DNA from: an uncultured Cryomorphaceae bacterium
GTDB taxonomy: Bacteria > Bacteroidota > Bacteroidia > Flavobacteriales > Schleiferiaceae
Length of the DNA stretch: 62,352 bases
Direction of reading: 5' to 3'
Assembly (NCBI GenBank): GCA_913060465.1
Contig: CAJXTR010000001.1
Location: 1-62,352, forward strand
The position numbers and the translations under genes were made by a program. Below, in pieces: positions 25,452 through 36,600 of the stretch (its first letter is position 1; each line of letters starts with the position of its first letter). The notes under the pieces were generated by a model, which saw only the letters and a program-made list of their open reading frames with translations, was not told where the DNA came from and made no database searches.

Positions 25452-26705
25452 GTGAAGTTTGTAGTCGTAGATATTGAAACCACCGGTGGACGCCCAGATG
25501 GAAATGGGATTACGGAGATTGGAATTGTACACGTGGAGCATCGCAAGATTACGCACCAATGGTCTACATTTATTAACCCTGAAAAGACCATTCCCTATAA
25601 CATCCAGATGCTAACGGGCATCAGCGATGAAATGGTCGCAGATGCACCTACTTTTGCTCAGATCATTCCTGAACTTTTAGAGCAACTAAAAGGAGATGTG
25701 TTCGTTGCGCATAGTGTGAATTTTGATTACAGTTTCATCGATGCTGCCTTTCGTGCTAATGGCGTTTCATGGCGAATGTCGAAGCTTTGCACTGTAAAAT
25801 ACAGTAAGGCGGTGTTTCCTGAGTTTGGGCGGTATTCATTAGCGCACCTAGCTCGAAGCCTCGAAGTTGAGAACGATAACCCGCACCGAGCGCTGAGTGA
25901 TGCCCTATGTGCTGCAGAAGTTCTAATTCACTGTATCAATGGAGATTACGATGAAAAGAAGTTAAACGACCCTAAACTCGGGTTGCTGAAACGCATCCAA
26001 ATGCCGGACCATCTGCCGGCAGCTGTTTTTGATGAGTTGCCAAAATCCCACGGTGTCTATGAATTTTTAGATGCCTTTGGAACGCCTTTATATATTGGTA
26101 AGGCAAACAATATTAAATCACGGATCACGCAACATTTCAGTACACAGCAGGGCTCGACTAAATATCAGAGGCTGATGAAGGAGTGTTATGATCTTAAATA
26201 CACACTTCTTCCGAATGAAACACTTGCCCTGATCTATGAGGATCATCTGATTCGACAATACTGGCCACCATTGAATAAAGCGCAAAAGAAACAAGCGCTA
26301 AAGTTTGGCCTTTATACTTACAACAATGGAAAAGGGGAGACGAAATGGGTCATCCAAAAAGTCATCGGGAGTGGCGCATTGCAACGGTTCGGGTCTTATT
26401 TGGCTGGACAGCAATGGATCACCGCCTTCAAAGAGGCCTTAATAGCAGATGGCAAAACGTTAGAGGAGGGGCTAGAACTTCTTAAAAAACAGCAGGAACA
26501 GCGAATTCTTTTACCCTTGACCCCTGAAACAGGAGCGCTTTTCATTGAAAACGGCAGTATCGTTGGAATCTATTCAGCTGACGATTACCTCCACAATGAA
26601 CATTGGGTCAGGGAAAACTTCACGGCTGTGCAGCCTTCTCCGACCATCAATGCTATAGCGATGAAGTTGCTCGATCAGAAAGCTGATCAAGCAATACTTC
26701 TTTAA
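25452..26705 (+). CDS. DnaQ-like 3'-5' exonuclease fused to a GIY-YIG (UvrC/Cho-like) nuclease domain
   Basis: GTG start. ExoI VVDIETTG, ExoII AHSVNFDYSF, ExoIII HRALSDA. GIY-YIG block GVYEFLD..GTPLYIGKANNIKSRITQHF. Confidence 0.8.
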   Translation: MKFVVVDIETTGGRPDGNGITEIGIVHVEHRKITHQWSTFINPEKTIPYNIQMLTGISDEMVADAPTFAQIIPELLEQLKGDVFVAHSVNFDYSFIDAAFRANGVSWRMSKLCTVKYSKAVFPEFGRYSLAHLARSLEVENDNPHRALSDALCAAEVLIHCINGDYDEKKLNDPKLGLLKRIQMPDHLPAAVFDELPKSHGVYEFLDAFGTPLYIGKANNIKSRITQHFSTQQGSTKYQRLMKECYDLKYTLLPNETLALIYEDHLIRQYWPPLNKAQKKQALKFGLYTYNNGKGETKWVIQKVIGSGALQRFGSYLAGQQWITAFKEALIADGKTLEEGLELLKKQQEQRILLPLTPETGALFIENGSIVGIYSADDYLHNEHWVRENFTAVQPSPTINAIAMKLLDQKADQAILL

Positions 26706-29332
26706 TCCTTCAATTCCTCAGACGCATTTTCTTCCTGAGCGTCTGCATCACCAGATTCGTCCAATGCCTTAGGCTCTTCAGGAGCCGCTGCAAGTTTCTT
26801 CGGCTTAGTTACTTTAAAGGCTAGCTCCTTATCAGCAAGACTAATTTCGACCGAATCTCCTTCGGCAATTTCCTTTCCTATAATTTTCTCAGCAAGTGGG
26901 TCCTCGACTAACTTTTGTAAAGCACGAGCCAAGGGACGCGCACCGAATGCCTCATCGAATCCTTCATCAGCGATGAAATCCTTAGCCTCCTGTGACATAA
27001 CTATTTCGTACCCCAAATCTTGGATTCTCGTGAACAAGCCCTTGAGTTCGATATCAATAATCTTGTGAATGTCTTCACGACTTAGACTATTGAACAGTAC
27101 TACATCATCAATACGGTTGAGAAACTCCGGAGCAAATGCCTTCTTTAATGCACTTTGAATCACACCTTTTTCAAGATCATTCTTACTCTGTTCGCGAGCA
27201 GTTGTACCGAAACCTACACCCGTCCCAAAATCCTTCAATTGTCTTGAGCCGAGGTTAGAGGTCATTATAATGATTGTATTCTTAAAGTCCACCTTGCGGC
27301 CTAAGCTATCCGTGATTTGTCCATCGTCGAGTGCTTGTAGTAGCAAGTTGAATACATCTGGATGCGCTTTTTCAATTTCATCTAACAGAATGACAGAGTA
27401 GGGCTTTCTGCGCACGCGCTCCGTTAATTGGCCACCTTCCTCATACCCAACGTATCCCGGAGGCGCACCTACTAAACGGCTGATGGCAAATTTCTCCATG
27501 TATTCGCTCATATCGATGCGAATCATATTGTCTTCACTATCAAAGAGAAGTTTTGTCAACTCCTTGGCCAATTGCGTTTTACCAACACCAGTAGGGCCTA
27601 AGAATATGAAAGAACCAATGGGTTTTTTAGGGTCCTTAAGCCCGGCACGATTGCGTTGGATAGCACGTACTATCTTTTTAACCGCTTCATCTTGACCAAT
27701 GACGGTTCCCTTGAGTTGTTCCTCCATTTGGCTGAGTTTGTCCATCTCTTGTTGAGCAACACGCTGTACGGGAACGCCTGTCATCATAGCGACCACTTCA
27801 GCAACCTCTGGCTCATCCACAACCTTTTTATTCATCTTGATGCTGTCTTCCCAAGCTTCTTTAGCATTGGCCAATTTCGCTTCTAGCTTTTTCTCATCAT
27901 CACGAAGCTTGGCTGCTTCTTCGTAGCGTTGAGATTTCACCACGCGAACTTTTTCCTCTTTAATATGCTGTAGCTCTGTCTCCAAGGAAGTAATGGTCTC
28001 AGGCACTTCAATATTCGTAATATGCACTCTCGAGCCCGCTTCATCTAGCGCATCAATAGCCTTATCCGGCAAGTGACGATCGCTCATATAGCGCTGGGTT
28101 AGGCGCACACAAGCGTCAATTGCCTCTGGAGTATAGATGACATTGTGATGCTCTTCGTATTTGTCCTTGATGTTGTTGAGAATCTGTACCGTTTCCTCGG
28201 GTGATGTAGGGTCTACAGTCACTTTTTGGAAACGACGCTCTAGGGCGCCGTCTTTTTCAATGAACTGTCTGTATTCATCTAACGTAGTAGCGCCAATGCA
28301 TTGAATTTCGCCGCGTGCAAGCGCCGGTTTAAACATGTTCGATGCGTCCAAAGAACCTGTTGCACCTCCAGCACCAACGATGGTATGCAATTCGTCAATG
28401 AAGAGAATGATATCATCGTTCTTTTCAAGCTCGTTCATTAGGGCTTTCATTCGCTCCTCGAATTGGCCACGGTACTTCGTACCAGCTACCAAGCTTGCAA
28501 GATCTAATGAGATAACGCGCTTATTAAACAAGACGCGGCTAACTTCTTTATTTACAATTCTTAACGCCAATCCCTCTGCAATGGCACTCTTACCAACACC
28601 GGGCTCGCCAATCAACAACGGATTATTCTTTTTACGACGGCTTAGGATCTGGCTTACGCGCTCAATCTCTTTCGAGCGTCCTACCACAGGATCAAGTCTA
28701 CCCAAATCAGCAGCCTTGGTCAAATCCTTTCCAAAATTATCGAGAACAGGTGTTTTACTTTTTTCTTTTCGTCCACCAACAGGAGAACTACGGCGGCCGC
28801 TAGAAGGGGCATTGCCCTCATCCATATCACCCTCATCATAGCTCATTGAAGGACTACTTAAATTATCCGTAGGTTCTTCCGCAGTATCCGTTTCGATGTA
28901 ATTACTCTGATATTCACTTTTTACCGCGTCATAAGATGCGCCGAACTGCGCCATAACACCGCTAATAGGGTCGTTATCATTGCGTAAAATACACAATAGC
29001 AGGTGCGGCGTTCTAATAATAGGGCTTTGAAAGAGTTTCGCTTCTAGGAAAGTCGTCTTCAATGCCTTCTCCGCCTGGCGGGTCAACGGGAGATTCTTAC
29101 CGTTGGATGCTTGGTGGGTAGCATATGGAGTGGATATACTTTCAATCTTTGTTCTGAGCTGCTTTAAATCCAATCCAAGATCTCTTAAAATCTGAATTGC
29201 AGTGCCTTCACCTTCACGAATAATACCTAATAACAGGTGCTCTGTACCTATGTAATCATGTCCTAAGCGAAGGGCTTCCTCCTTGCTGTAAGTAATGACG
29301 TCTCGAACTCTGGGGCTAAAATTCTCTTCCAT
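26702..29332 (-). CDS. clpC: ATP-dependent Clp protease ATP-binding subunit (ClpC/ClpA-B family)
   Basis: ORF to 29380; the ATG at 29332 gives MEENFSPRV. Clp_N repeats, two AAA+ modules (GEPGVGKSA; GPTGVGKT) and a UVR-like middle coiled coil. Confidence 0.92.
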   Translation of the reverse strand: MEENFSPRVRDVITYSKEEALRLGHDYIGTEHLLLGIIREGEGTAIQILRDLGLDLKQLRTKIESISTPYATHQASNGKNLPLTRQAEKALKTTFLEAKLFQSPIIRTPHLLLCILRNDNDPISGVMAQFGASYDAVKSEYQSNYIETDTAEEPTDNLSSPSMSYDEGDMDEGNAPSSGRRSSPVGGRKEKSKTPVLDNFGKDLTKAADLGRLDPVVGRSKEIERVSQILSRRKKNNPLLIGEPGVGKSAIAEGLALRIVNKEVSRVLFNKRVISLDLASLVAGTKYRGQFEERMKALMNELEKNDDIILFIDELHTIVGAGGATGSLDASNMFKPALARGEIQCIGATTLDEYRQFIEKDGALERRFQKVTVDPTSPEETVQILNNIKDKYEEHHNVIYTPEAIDACVRLTQRYMSDRHLPDKAIDALDEAGSRVHITNIEVPETITSLETELQHIKEEKVRVVKSQRYEEAAKLRDDEKKLEAKLANAKEAWEDSIKMNKKVVDEPEVAEVVAMMTGVPVQRVAQQEMDKLSQMEEQLKGTVIGQDEAVKKIVRAIQRNRAGLKDPKKPIGSFIFLGPTGVGKTQLAKELTKLLFDSEDNMIRIDMSEYMEKFAISRLVGAPPGYVGYEEGGQLTERVRRKPYSVILLDEIEKAHPDVFNLLLQALDDGQITDSLGRKVDFKNTIIIMTSNLGSRQLKDFGTGVGFGTTAREQSKNDLEKGVIQSALKKAFAPEFLNRIDDVVLFNSLSREDIHKIIDIELKGLFTRIQDLGYEIVMSQEAKDFIADEGFDEAFGARPLARALQKLVEDPLAEKIIGKEIAEGDSVEISLADKELAFKVTKPKKLAAAPEEPKALDESGDADAQEENASEELKD

Positions 29333-29390
29333 ATTGCAACGGTTATTTGACCTTAAGTGGTATTGCACATAGCGTGCCAACCCTGTTTCT

Positions 29391-29398
29391 CAAATCTA
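29391..29398 (-). promoter_or_regulatory. -7 box (TAGATTTG on the minus strand) for clpC
   Basis: Plus strand caaatcta, about 58 nt upstream of the ATG at 29332. Confidence 0.4.
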
Positions 29399-29512
29399 AT
29401 GGCAGAATTCGTCGGTTTGACGGGCACACCGTACATGTTTTGTTAACATCAACATGTGGATAAATGGCGCAAGTTCAAAGCGCATTCTACGCACTAACGG
29501 GGGCTGAAAGGC

Positions 29513-29520
29513 TATATTTG
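29513..29520 (+). promoter_or_regulatory. -7 box (TATATTTG) for gyrA
   Basis: Exact TAnnTTTG match, 46 nt upstream of the gyrA ATG at 29567. Confidence 0.45.
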
Positions 29521-29566
29521 AAAATTACGAAAAATCGCGGCGCTCGCCGCCTTAAATACTGACAAT

Positions 29567-32122
29567 ATGGCGCAGGGAGAAAGAATTATCCCAATCAATA
29601 TTGAGGAGCAAATGAAAAGTTCCTACATCGACTATTCGATGTCGGTTATTGTTTCACGTGCTTTACCAGATGTTCGTGACGGTTTAAAGCCTGTTCACAG
29701 AAGGGTGCTTTACGGAATGCATGATATGGGGGTTACCAGCACCAAAGCCTACAAAAAATCGGCAAGGGTAGTAGGGGACGTTCTCGGTAAGTATCACCCG
29801 CACGGAGATAGCTCAGTTTACGATACTATGGTCCGTATGGCCCAAGACTGGTCACTGCGTTACATGCTCGTAGATGGGCAGGGAAACTTCGGTAGTGTCG
29901 ATGGCGATAGTCCTGCAGCAATGCGTTACACAGAGGTTCGTATGCGCAAGATTGCAGAAGAGATGCTCTCTGATATCGATAAGGATACGGTCGATTGGCA
30001 ACTCAACTTTGATGATTCGTTGAAAGAGCCTACCGTATTGCCTACAAGAATTCCTGGACTGCTCGTTAATGGAGCATCAGGGATTGCTGTAGGTATGGCG
30101 ACCAACATGCCGCCACATAACCTTACTGAAAGCATTAATGCTATAAATGCGTACATCGACGATAGTGAGATCGAAGTAGATGGTCTAATGCAGCACATCA
30201 GTGCACCGGATTTCCCTACTGGAGGTACTATCTATGGTTACGAAGGGGTACGTGATGCATTCCACACAGGGCGCGGACGAATTGTTCTGCGTGGTAAAGC
30301 CGTAATCGAGGAGGTTAAAGGTCGTGAATGTATCATTGTAACTGAGATTCCTTACCAGGTCAATAAAGCAGAAATGATCAAGAAAACTGCGGAATTGGTC
30401 AACGACAAGAAGATTGAAGGAATTTCGGATATCAGAGATGAAAGTGACCGTAAGGGAATGCGTATCGTTTACGTTTTAAAACGTGATGCTGTTCCTAACG
30501 TGGTACTGAACAAGCTATACAAGTACACCCAGTTACAAAGTTCTTTCTCGGTTAACAACATCGCCCTTGTAAATGGTCGCCCGGAGTTGTTGAATCTAAA
30601 GGATATGATTCATCACTTTGTCGAGCACAGACATGAGGTAGTTGTAAGACGCACAAAGTACGAGCTTCGCCAAGCTGAGAAGCGCGCTCACGTACTTGAA
30701 GGGTTGCTCATCGCTATTGACAACCTTGATGCCGTAATTAAACTTATTCGCGCTTCAGCAACACCTGATGAAGCTAAGAATGGTTTGATGACCGAGTTTA
30801 AGCTCAGTGAGATTCAAGCGAAAGCTATTCTTGATATGCGCCTTCAAAAGCTCACAGGCTTAGAGCGCGATAAGATTAAAGCGGAATACGAGGAACTCAT
30901 GAAGACCATCGAATACTTAAAATCTGTACTTGCAGATAAGGGTCTTCGTATGTCAATCATCAAGGAAGAACTAGAGGAAGTCAAAGAGAAATTCGGCGAT
31001 GAACGCAGAACCGATATTGAATATGCTGGTGGTGACGTGAGTATCGAAGATATGATCCCGGATTCAGAGGTAGTGATTACCATTTCTCACGCCGGATACA
31101 TCAAGCGTACCGCATTGACGGAGTACAAGAAGCAGAATCGTGGGGGAGTAGGCGCTAAAGCCGCAAGCACCCGAGACCAAGACTTCATTGAGCACGTCTT
31201 CGTCGCTACGAATCATCAGTACATGTTGTTCTTCACTGAGCAAGGACGTTGTTTCTGGATGCGCGTATTTGAAATTCCAGAAGGAACACGTCAGAGCAAG
31301 GGTAGGGCCATTCAAAACTTGATCAACCTTCCACAGGATGATAAAGTGTTAGCGTTTATTAACGTACTCAACCTTAAAGATGAGGAGTATATCAATAACC
31401 ACTTCATCGTCATGTGTACTAAGCAAGGTGTCATCAAGAAAACGAGTCTTGAAGCGTACTCGAGACCACGTGTAAATGGAATTAATGCCATTACCGTGAG
31501 GGAAGGGGATACGCTCCTTGAAGCAAAACTCACTAATGGTGAGCAAGATATTATGCTAGCCGTGAAGAGTGGTAAAGCGATTCGCTTCCCAGAAAGTAAA
31601 GTTCGCGGAATGGGCCGTAATGCTTCCGGTGTACGTGCAATTTCAGTCGATTCTGAGAACGACGAAGTTGTGGGCATGATTGTCGTTAAAGAAGGTGATG
31701 GATTTGATGTAATGGTTGTGAGCGAACAAGGCTATGGAAAACGCTCCTCACTCGAAGATTACCGTATAACCAACCGCGGTGGTAAAGGGGTTAAGACCAT
31801 TACTGTTACGGATAAAACTGGTGAATTGGTAAGCTTAAAGGCTGTTACCGATGAAGATGATTTGATGATCATCACTAAGAAAGGCACAATGATCCGCATG
31901 GGCGTTGATACGCTAAGAGTGATGGGGCGTGCTACTCAAGGTGTCCGATTAATCACGCTTCGCAAAGGTGATGAGATTGCTTCCATTGCAAAAGTACCGG
32001 CATCTGAAGAAGATGAAGAGGTAGAAGATGTTGATGGTGTTGAAGTAGTTGATGGCGTTGAAACATCAGAGACTTCTGAACCCACTACAGACGGAGGAGA
32101 AGAAACAACTTCTGAAGAATAG
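29567..32122 (+). CDS. gyrA: DNA gyrase subunit A
   Basis: QRDR block [12 protein letters not shown], catalytic Tyr region AAMRYTE, C-terminal beta-pinwheel repeats and an acidic tail ([19 protein letters not shown]...). Confidence 0.97.
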   Translation: MAQGERIIPINIEEQMKSSYIDYSMSVIVSRALPDVRDGLKPVHRRVLYGMHDMGVTSTKAYKKSARVVGDVLGKYHPHGDSSVYDTMVRMAQDWSLRYMLVDGQGNFGSVDGDSPAAMRYTEVRMRKIAEEMLSDIDKDTVDWQLNFDDSLKEPTVLPTRIPGLLVNGASGIAVGMATNMPPHNLTESINAINAYIDDSEIEVDGLMQHISAPDFPTGGTIYGYEGVRDAFHTGRGRIVLRGKAVIEEVKGRECIIVTEIPYQVNKAEMIKKTAELVNDKKIEGISDIRDESDRKGMRIVYVLKRDAVPNVVLNKLYKYTQLQSSFSVNNIALVNGRPELLNLKDMIHHFVEHRHEVVVRRTKYELRQAEKRAHVLEGLLIAIDNLDAVIKLIRASATPDEAKNGLMTEFKLSEIQAKAILDMRLQKLTGLERDKIKAEYEELMKTIEYLKSVLADKGLRMSIIKEELEEVKEKFGDERRTDIEYAGGDVSIEDMIPDSEVVITISHAGYIKRTALTEYKKQNRGGVGAKAASTRDQDFIEHVFVATNHQYMLFFTEQGRCFWMRVFEIPEGTRQSKGRAIQNLINLPQDDKVLAFINVLNLKDEEYINNHFIVMCTKQGVIKKTSLEAYSRPRVNGINAITVREGDTLLEAKLTNGEQDIMLAVKSGKAIRFPESKVRGMGRNASGVRAISVDSENDEVVGMIVVKEGDGFDVMVVSEQGYGKRSSLEDYRITNRGGKGVKTITVTDKTGELVSLKAVTDEDDLMIITKKGTMIRMGVDTLRVMGRATQGVRLITLRKGDEIASIAKVPASEEDEEVEDVDGVEVVDGVETSETSEPTTDGGEETTSEE

Positions 32123-32158
32123 TAATCTTGGCGCAATGTTTGTTTTATAGATGAAAAC

Positions 32159-32166
32159 TACATTTG
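32159..32166 (+). promoter_or_regulatory. -7 box (TACATTTG) for the TPR gene
   Basis: Exact TAnnTTTG match, 30 nt upstream of the ATG at 32197. Confidence 0.45.
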
Positions 32167-32196
32167 TAGCCACTTAAAAACGAAGAGATTAGAATT

Positions 32197-33516
32197 ATGA
32201 AAAAGCTACTAGTCGCAGTACTAACCGCTGCAACTTTTATGGCAACAGCACAGGAAGCTCCAAAAGTAACCAGTGCAATCATCGCCTTGAGAGGCAACGA
32301 ACTCGTTGAAGCTAAAGGGTTTATCGATGAAGCTACTGCTATTATTGACGGCAAGAATCAAGCTGAGATTAAAGAGAAAATCATGTCAAAGTACCACTAT
32401 AACAAGGCATTGATTTACTCTAAGATTGCTGCTTCGCCAGAGGCAGAAATCAAAGCTCTAGCCCCAGATGCGAATGACATTGCTGCCCAAAGTTTGTTGG
32501 ACTTGATTCTTTTTGAAAAGAACGCCAAAAAGCAACCATATACAGAGGATGCACAGCGTGAGTCTCAAACGATCGCTTACAACTACTTGGTAGAAGCGGG
32601 CTCAGCATACGAAGCTGGCGATTATGAAGCTGCATACCAGGGATATATGAACGCTTTCGAATTAAAGAAGAATGAACTTTTAGGTGAGTTTGCTTACCTA
32701 GATACAAGCTTGTTGTTCAACGCAGGTATTATCGCAGGTAGTGCAGGTGACCTTGAATCAAGCAGTGCAGCGTTTGCTGAATGTTTAGGATTAGGGTACA
32801 AAGGAATTACATTCACTGCTACTGATGTATTAGGAAACCCAAAGCAATACCCAAACAAAGCAGCCCTAGATAAAGCGATTGAAGGTGGTTTGGCTACTGA
32901 TCCAGTTATTGGCGAGGATGTACGTCCAAGCATTTACATCAGCTTGATCAACAACGCGAAGAAGTTAGAAAAGACTGATGATTACAATAAGTGGTTAACT
33001 GAAGCGCGTGCAGCATATCCAGAAAACAAGGATTTGCTTGATATCCAATTGCAGTCATTCCTTGATGTTAAGGATTACGATGGTGCAATGAAGAATTTGG
33101 ATGAGGCCATTGCAAAGAATCCAGATAAAGGAATTTACCACTTTGTAAAAGGAAACATCCTTCAAACAGAGATGAAAGATCTTGATGCTGCATTAGTAGA
33201 ATACAAGGCTGCATTGGAGAAAGACCCAGAAATGAGTGATGCCATGTACATGTGTGGTCTTGTTTACATTGATCGTGCAAATGCAATCACTGAGCAAATG
33301 AACAGCTTAGGCTTGAACGAGACGCGTAAATACAATGCACTTAAGGACAAGCAAAAAGAAGTTTTCGGTGAGTCATTACAGTACTTCGAAAAGTCTTACG
33401 AGATGAATCCTCAGGATATGGATATCGTACGTGCACTTATGGAAGTTTACCGTAAGGTTGGAGATTACCAGAAGTCTATGGACATGAAGGCTGTTCTAGA
33501 CGAGGCTGGAGAATAA
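32197..33516 (+). CDS. secreted tetratricopeptide-repeat protein
   Basis: Signal peptide MKKLLVAVLTAATFMATAQ and multiple TPR-like A/Y/L-rich 34-aa repeats. A TPR gene after gyrA is common in Flavobacteriia. Confidence 0.7.
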   Translation: MKKLLVAVLTAATFMATAQEAPKVTSAIIALRGNELVEAKGFIDEATAIIDGKNQAEIKEKIMSKYHYNKALIYSKIAASPEAEIKALAPDANDIAAQSLLDLILFEKNAKKQPYTEDAQRESQTIAYNYLVEAGSAYEAGDYEAAYQGYMNAFELKKNELLGEFAYLDTSLLFNAGIIAGSAGDLESSSAAFAECLGLGYKGITFTATDVLGNPKQYPNKAALDKAIEGGLATDPVIGEDVRPSIYISLINNAKKLEKTDDYNKWLTEARAAYPENKDLLDIQLQSFLDVKDYDGAMKNLDEAIAKNPDKGIYHFVKGNILQTEMKDLDAALVEYKAALEKDPEMSDAMYMCGLVYIDRANAITEQMNSLGLNETRKYNALKDKQKEVFGESLQYFEKSYEMNPQDMDIVRALMEVYRKVGDYQKSMDMKAVLDEAGE

Positions 33517-33541
33517 TTCTCTGATAATAATAGAATATTCT

Positions 33542-33575
33542 AAAAGCCCGAATACTGACGTATTCGGGCTTTTTT
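33542..33575. terminator. bidirectional intrinsic terminator
   Basis: aaaaGCCCGAATACtgacGTATTCGGGCtttttt: 10-bp perfect stem and tetraloop, flanked by an A-run and a T-run. It lies between the convergent TPR and dnaE2 genes. Confidence 0.85.
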
Positions 33576-33672
33576 ATTAATTAGTTTGTTTTTGCTATAA
33601 TATATATTATGTTAAATTATATTTTAATAGAACTACTCTTTCCAGGTAATAGACTATCTCCATAGCAGCAAT

Positions 33673-36600
33673 TTACGCTGATTCCGCAGATTTACGTCCT
33701 CGCTTCATAGTATCGCGCGTTTTGCTGTAGTTATCCTTTTCTCGGGCCATGGTATCCTCATAGCGTGGATCTGGAACCATCGCGACTTTGTAGAGCGCGG
33801 AAGCCTCGATGCTATAAAAACCAAACTCTTCAACAACACGACCTTGTACGCGATAAATACCTTTGCCGCGAAATGGAAACTGTGCAGCGATGTTTGGGAA
33901 ATGAACGCTATCTAGGAATTCGCCCTCTTGATCAACAAACGTCGCAAAATTCATACGATCGCCCTTAATGGTTTTTGTGTCTTTTACCGTCACTAAATAC
34001 CCGTACGCAATAACAAAATGTCCCAGTTTATCTGGTAATTCACGAGCCATAGTCCCGTTTTCCAAAGGTTCATCGGCCAATTCAAACGGGTCGCATAGTG
34101 GAAATCCCAATAGCTCTATTTGATCAAAAGCTTCTTCCAAACGGCTTTGCTGCAGCACAGGGACCTTATAATCGTGCGCTTGTTGATTGCCCTTGAATAA
34201 ACTTGGCGGTGCGGCCATTACATCTTTTGTATTTCGACCTCTAAGCATGTGATGGGCCTCCCACAACAGAGTTTGTTTAGGCTTTCCAGTAAAACGTAAG
34301 GCTCCAATACGAATGAGTAGAGAAATTTGCTCTATCCCAACAGGGACGCGGTCTATGAAATCCGCCAAATCTACAAAGGGTCCTCCCTCCTGACGTTCAC
34401 GACCTATGTAAACACCTATTTTCTCGTCTAAACTTCGCAACAATACAAAGCCTAAGTAAATGGTAGTTCCGTGAATCACTGTAGGGTAATCGCCATATTG
34501 CACGCAGGGCGCTTCGATCTGCCCTCCATTACGCCGTGCTTCATGAACATAGAACTCTGTTCTGTAGAAGCCGCCGAAATTATTAATCACAGCAACCATG
34601 TATTCCAAGGGATAATGTGCCTTCAAATAGAGGCTTTGATAGCTTTCTACAGCATACGATGCGCTGTGTCCCTTTGCGAATGCATACCCGGCAAAGCTTT
34701 CTATTTGACGCCAAATCTCACGGCTCAACTCCTCGCTATACCCTCGCTCCTCACAGTTTTTAAAGTATTGTTTTTCAACGTTTTGAAACTCTCTTCTTGA
34801 ACGAAATTTTCCTGACATGCCACGACGCAATACATCGGCTTCACCGAGGGAAAGGCCCGCGAAATAATGAGCAACTTTAATGACATCTTCTTGGTAGACC
34901 ATCACTCCAAAGGTGTCGGGCATAATTTCAAGCATGACCGGATGGGCATCCTTTCTCCGTTCTGGATCTGTAAAGCGTAATATGTACTCACGCATCATCC
35001 CACTGTTACTCACTCCCGGACGAATAATGGAACTCGCTGCGACTAATCCTAAATAGGTATCGACCTTCAGTTTTTTAAGGAGCATTCGCATCGCTGGGGA
35101 TTCCACATAAAAGCAGCCCATGGCCAGACCGTTGCGAAGTAGATTTTTAATGGCCTCATCTTCTTTAAACCGCTGTAGGTCACGTATATCTATGAATGGG
35201 CGCTCAGGTTTATTCTTTGCTACAATGGCTAGGGTATCTTGAATTTTAGAAAGGCCGCGCTGACTGAGGATATCAAATTTGTGCAGACCTATATCTTCAG
35301 CGATGATCATATCAAACTGTACAGTTGGAAATCCCTTGGGCGGCATAAAGGTTGCGCTGTGGTAATGCAAGCTTTGTTGCGCTATCAGTATTCCTCCAGC
35401 ATGGATGCTAAGATGGCTTGGAAATCCCTGTATATAAGTGCTGTAGCGAAGTACGAGATGGGATAATTGGTCGAGGGTACCCGAAGAGATGTTCCCTTTG
35501 CTGAGCTTGTCTATCTCATGCTTTGGGAGGCCAAACACCTTCCCTAGCTCTCTAACCACCGACTTATACTGAAAAGTGTTGTAGGTCGCTAGCAGTGCAG
35601 TATGCGGGAACCGTTTGAAGATGTATTGGGTGATATCTTCGCGATCGCGCCATGAGAAGTCGAGATCAAAATCTGGTGGTGAGGTTCGATGCAGGTTGAT
35701 GAATCGCTCGAAGTAGAGGTCTAGCGCGATCGGATCAACATCTGTTATTTTGAGTAGGTACGCGACGATACTGTTGGCACCGCTCCCCCGCCCCACATAG
35801 AAATAACCGCGTTTTTGGGCGTAGTTTACAATGTCCCAATTGATTAAGAAGTAGGATACAAAGTTCTTTTGGGCGATGAGGTCCAATTCTTTCTCGATAC
35901 GTTCCTTGACCTTGAAGTCTGCCTGTGGATAGCGGTACGGTAAGCCGTCGTAGCAAAGTTTCCTTAGAAGTTTCAGGTCCTTTTCGCGTGAACCCGAATA
36001 AGTTTGGAGGTTCAGTGCTGCATCTTCTGGCAAGATGAGTTTGCAGTCTTGCAGAATCTGAGCAGCATTTCGAAGCAGTTCAGGCGCGGATGCGTAGGCC
36101 TCACGCAGGGCAGAATCCTCTAAATAAAGGTCGTCTATACTGCCCTGGGCTTCTTTTGATAGCTTGCTGAGCAGAGTATTCTCATCAATGGCTCGGAGCA
36201 GGCGATGCGCGTTGTGGTCACGCTTTCCACGAAAAGAGGATGTGGGAAAGGCAACGAGTTTATGCTTCGCATCTTTCCACTTACGAAAAGGTAGCGAAGC
36301 TACTTCAGCAGGTTTAATTCCTATGCACTCATTGTTTGCTAGGTCAGTAACATCTAAATCTGATGCAGTCGGGTAAATGATCCAGGTATTGGAAAACCTT
36401 GTACGATCGGGGCGCTGAGGGAATTTCACACCGTGGTGCAAATGCCAACTAAGGTGGTCATTAATCTCTCGCATCCCTTCCCAATTCCGGGCCAGCATCA
36501 CATAGCATTGACGAGTGCCGTTGCGGAAATCCACACCGACCACGGGGCGTTTATTAGGATGGTTACGCATGAGATGCAAGACCGTCATGCACGCAGAAGT

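Noticed and set aside
28335-28841. 168-aa plus-strand ORF inside clpC; similar plus-strand ORFs at 27483..27695 and 27656..27886
   Set aside because: It lies entirely antisense to a strongly conserved AAA+ coding region. The composition is low-complexity and Ser/Pro/Arg-rich, typical of shadow frames, and there is no promoter motif.
29537-29550. GC-only palindrome GCGGCGCTCGCCGC in the gyrA 5' leader
   Set aside because: It is only a 5-bp stem with a tetraloop, and a GC-rich motif of this length is not compelling by itself. No second copy was found in the window. It is noted but not promoted to a finding.
31312-31677. 121-aa minus-strand ORF, plus several other ORFs of 65-90 aa, antisense to gyrA
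   Set aside because: The gyrA frame is unambiguous (QRDR, catalytic Tyr). The antisense ORFs are Ser/Leu-rich shadows.
32001-32100. Short tandem similarity (GATGGTGTTGAAGTAGTTGATGGCGTTGAA) at the 3' end of gyrA
   Set aside because: It encodes the acidic [10 protein letters not shown] tail common in Bacteroidota GyrA. It is a low-complexity coding region, not a repeat element.
33576-33672. AT-rich spacer of about 100 nt between the bidirectional terminator and the dnaE2 stop, considered as a small RNA or small ORF
   Set aside because: I could see no promoter box, stable structure or ORF. It is most simply a 3' UTR or spacer between convergent genes.
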